Positions 63,648 through 64,000 of a stretch of 64,000 nucleotides of DNA are shown here, one piece after another (the stretch's first letter is position 1; every line of letters begins with the position of its first letter). The translations under genes were made by a program, and so were the position numbers. The stretch lies in the NCBI GenBank assembly GCA_050173015.1, contig JBFXLE010000018.1, forward strand, positions 27,294 through 91,293, written 5' to 3'. Below the pieces are notes generated by a model. That model was given only the letters and a program-made list of their open reading frames with translations, ran no database searches and had not been told where the DNA came from. Source of the stretch: Calditrichaceae bacterium. GTDB lineage: Bacteria > Calditrichota > Calditrichia > Calditrichales > JBFXGD01.

Positions 63648-64000
63648 CTATTCATTTATCTGATTACCATGTAAAATGCGTGTATAATTTCCGGCATGCT
63701 GGATTATAAAAACATAATATTCTTTACACCAGATACCATTAATTGTATCATTTAAGTCGTCTCCAAAATCCAATTCTTTCCAATTATCACCATTAAAGTG
63801 ATAAAATGAACTTTGAAATCCACCGGCAAACACATTGTTGGGAGAGCTGCCAAAAACACTGTAAATGGTTGAGGAATAAAACTCGTTTACCCATTGGTTA
63901 TTGATATACTTATAGACTCCGTTCTCGCCTGAATAAAAATTATTTTCATCGTAACCCCATAAATCCATACCAAAACCTTTGTCGTAATGGTCAGCGGAAT
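63648..64000 (-). CDS. C-terminal part of a hypothetical beta-propeller-like protein (enters from right edge)
   Basis: Frame is open to the window edge; repeats such as VFGSSPNNVFAGG...YHFNGDNW. Confidence 0.65.
   Translation of the reverse strand, partial: SADHYDKGFGMDLWGYDENNFYSGENGVYKYINNQWVNEFYSSTIYSVFGSSPNNVFAGGFQSSFYHFNGDNWKELDFGDDLNDTINGIWCKEYYVFIIQHAGNYTRILHGNQINE

Overview
This is a bacterial chromosomal segment, mostly minus-strand. Gene content suggests an FCB-group diderm such as Calditrichota or Ignavibacteria (inference only). About 1-38 kb is largely housekeeping: lnt (partial), Gfo/Idh/MocA, tyrA, aroF, ruvX, HU/IHF, mutS, a large GAF/PAS histidine kinase, coaX, birA, the methylmalonyl-CoA mutase/MeaB/biotin carboxylase cluster, a lipoprotein plus L,D-transpeptidase operon, tatA, dnaK, degP and an NYN-kinase-PHP-Omp85 cluster. 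About 38.1-42.9 kb is accessory: a palindromic repeat array carrying two nested 19-nt inserts, two lipoproteins, an 11 x 21-bp tandem array, and an AT-rich GIY-YIG plus Fic pair with a possible attC-like remnant. About 43-54 kb holds a TonB-dependent receptor/lipoprotein pair and pstSCAB-phoU, both preceded by 11-bp-phased Pho-box-like repeats. The most striking locus (54.1-61.2 kb) is a five-gene operon: a His-rich membrane protein, 20-heme and 19-heme c-type cytochromes, a beta-barrel protein and a membrane-anchored Fe-S/FAD/NADPH oxidoreductase. It is a candidate self-contained electron conduit across the cell envelope. Several sigma-54-type promoters with candidate enhancer repeats are visible. 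I recognised no rRNA, tRNA, CRISPR array or transposase.
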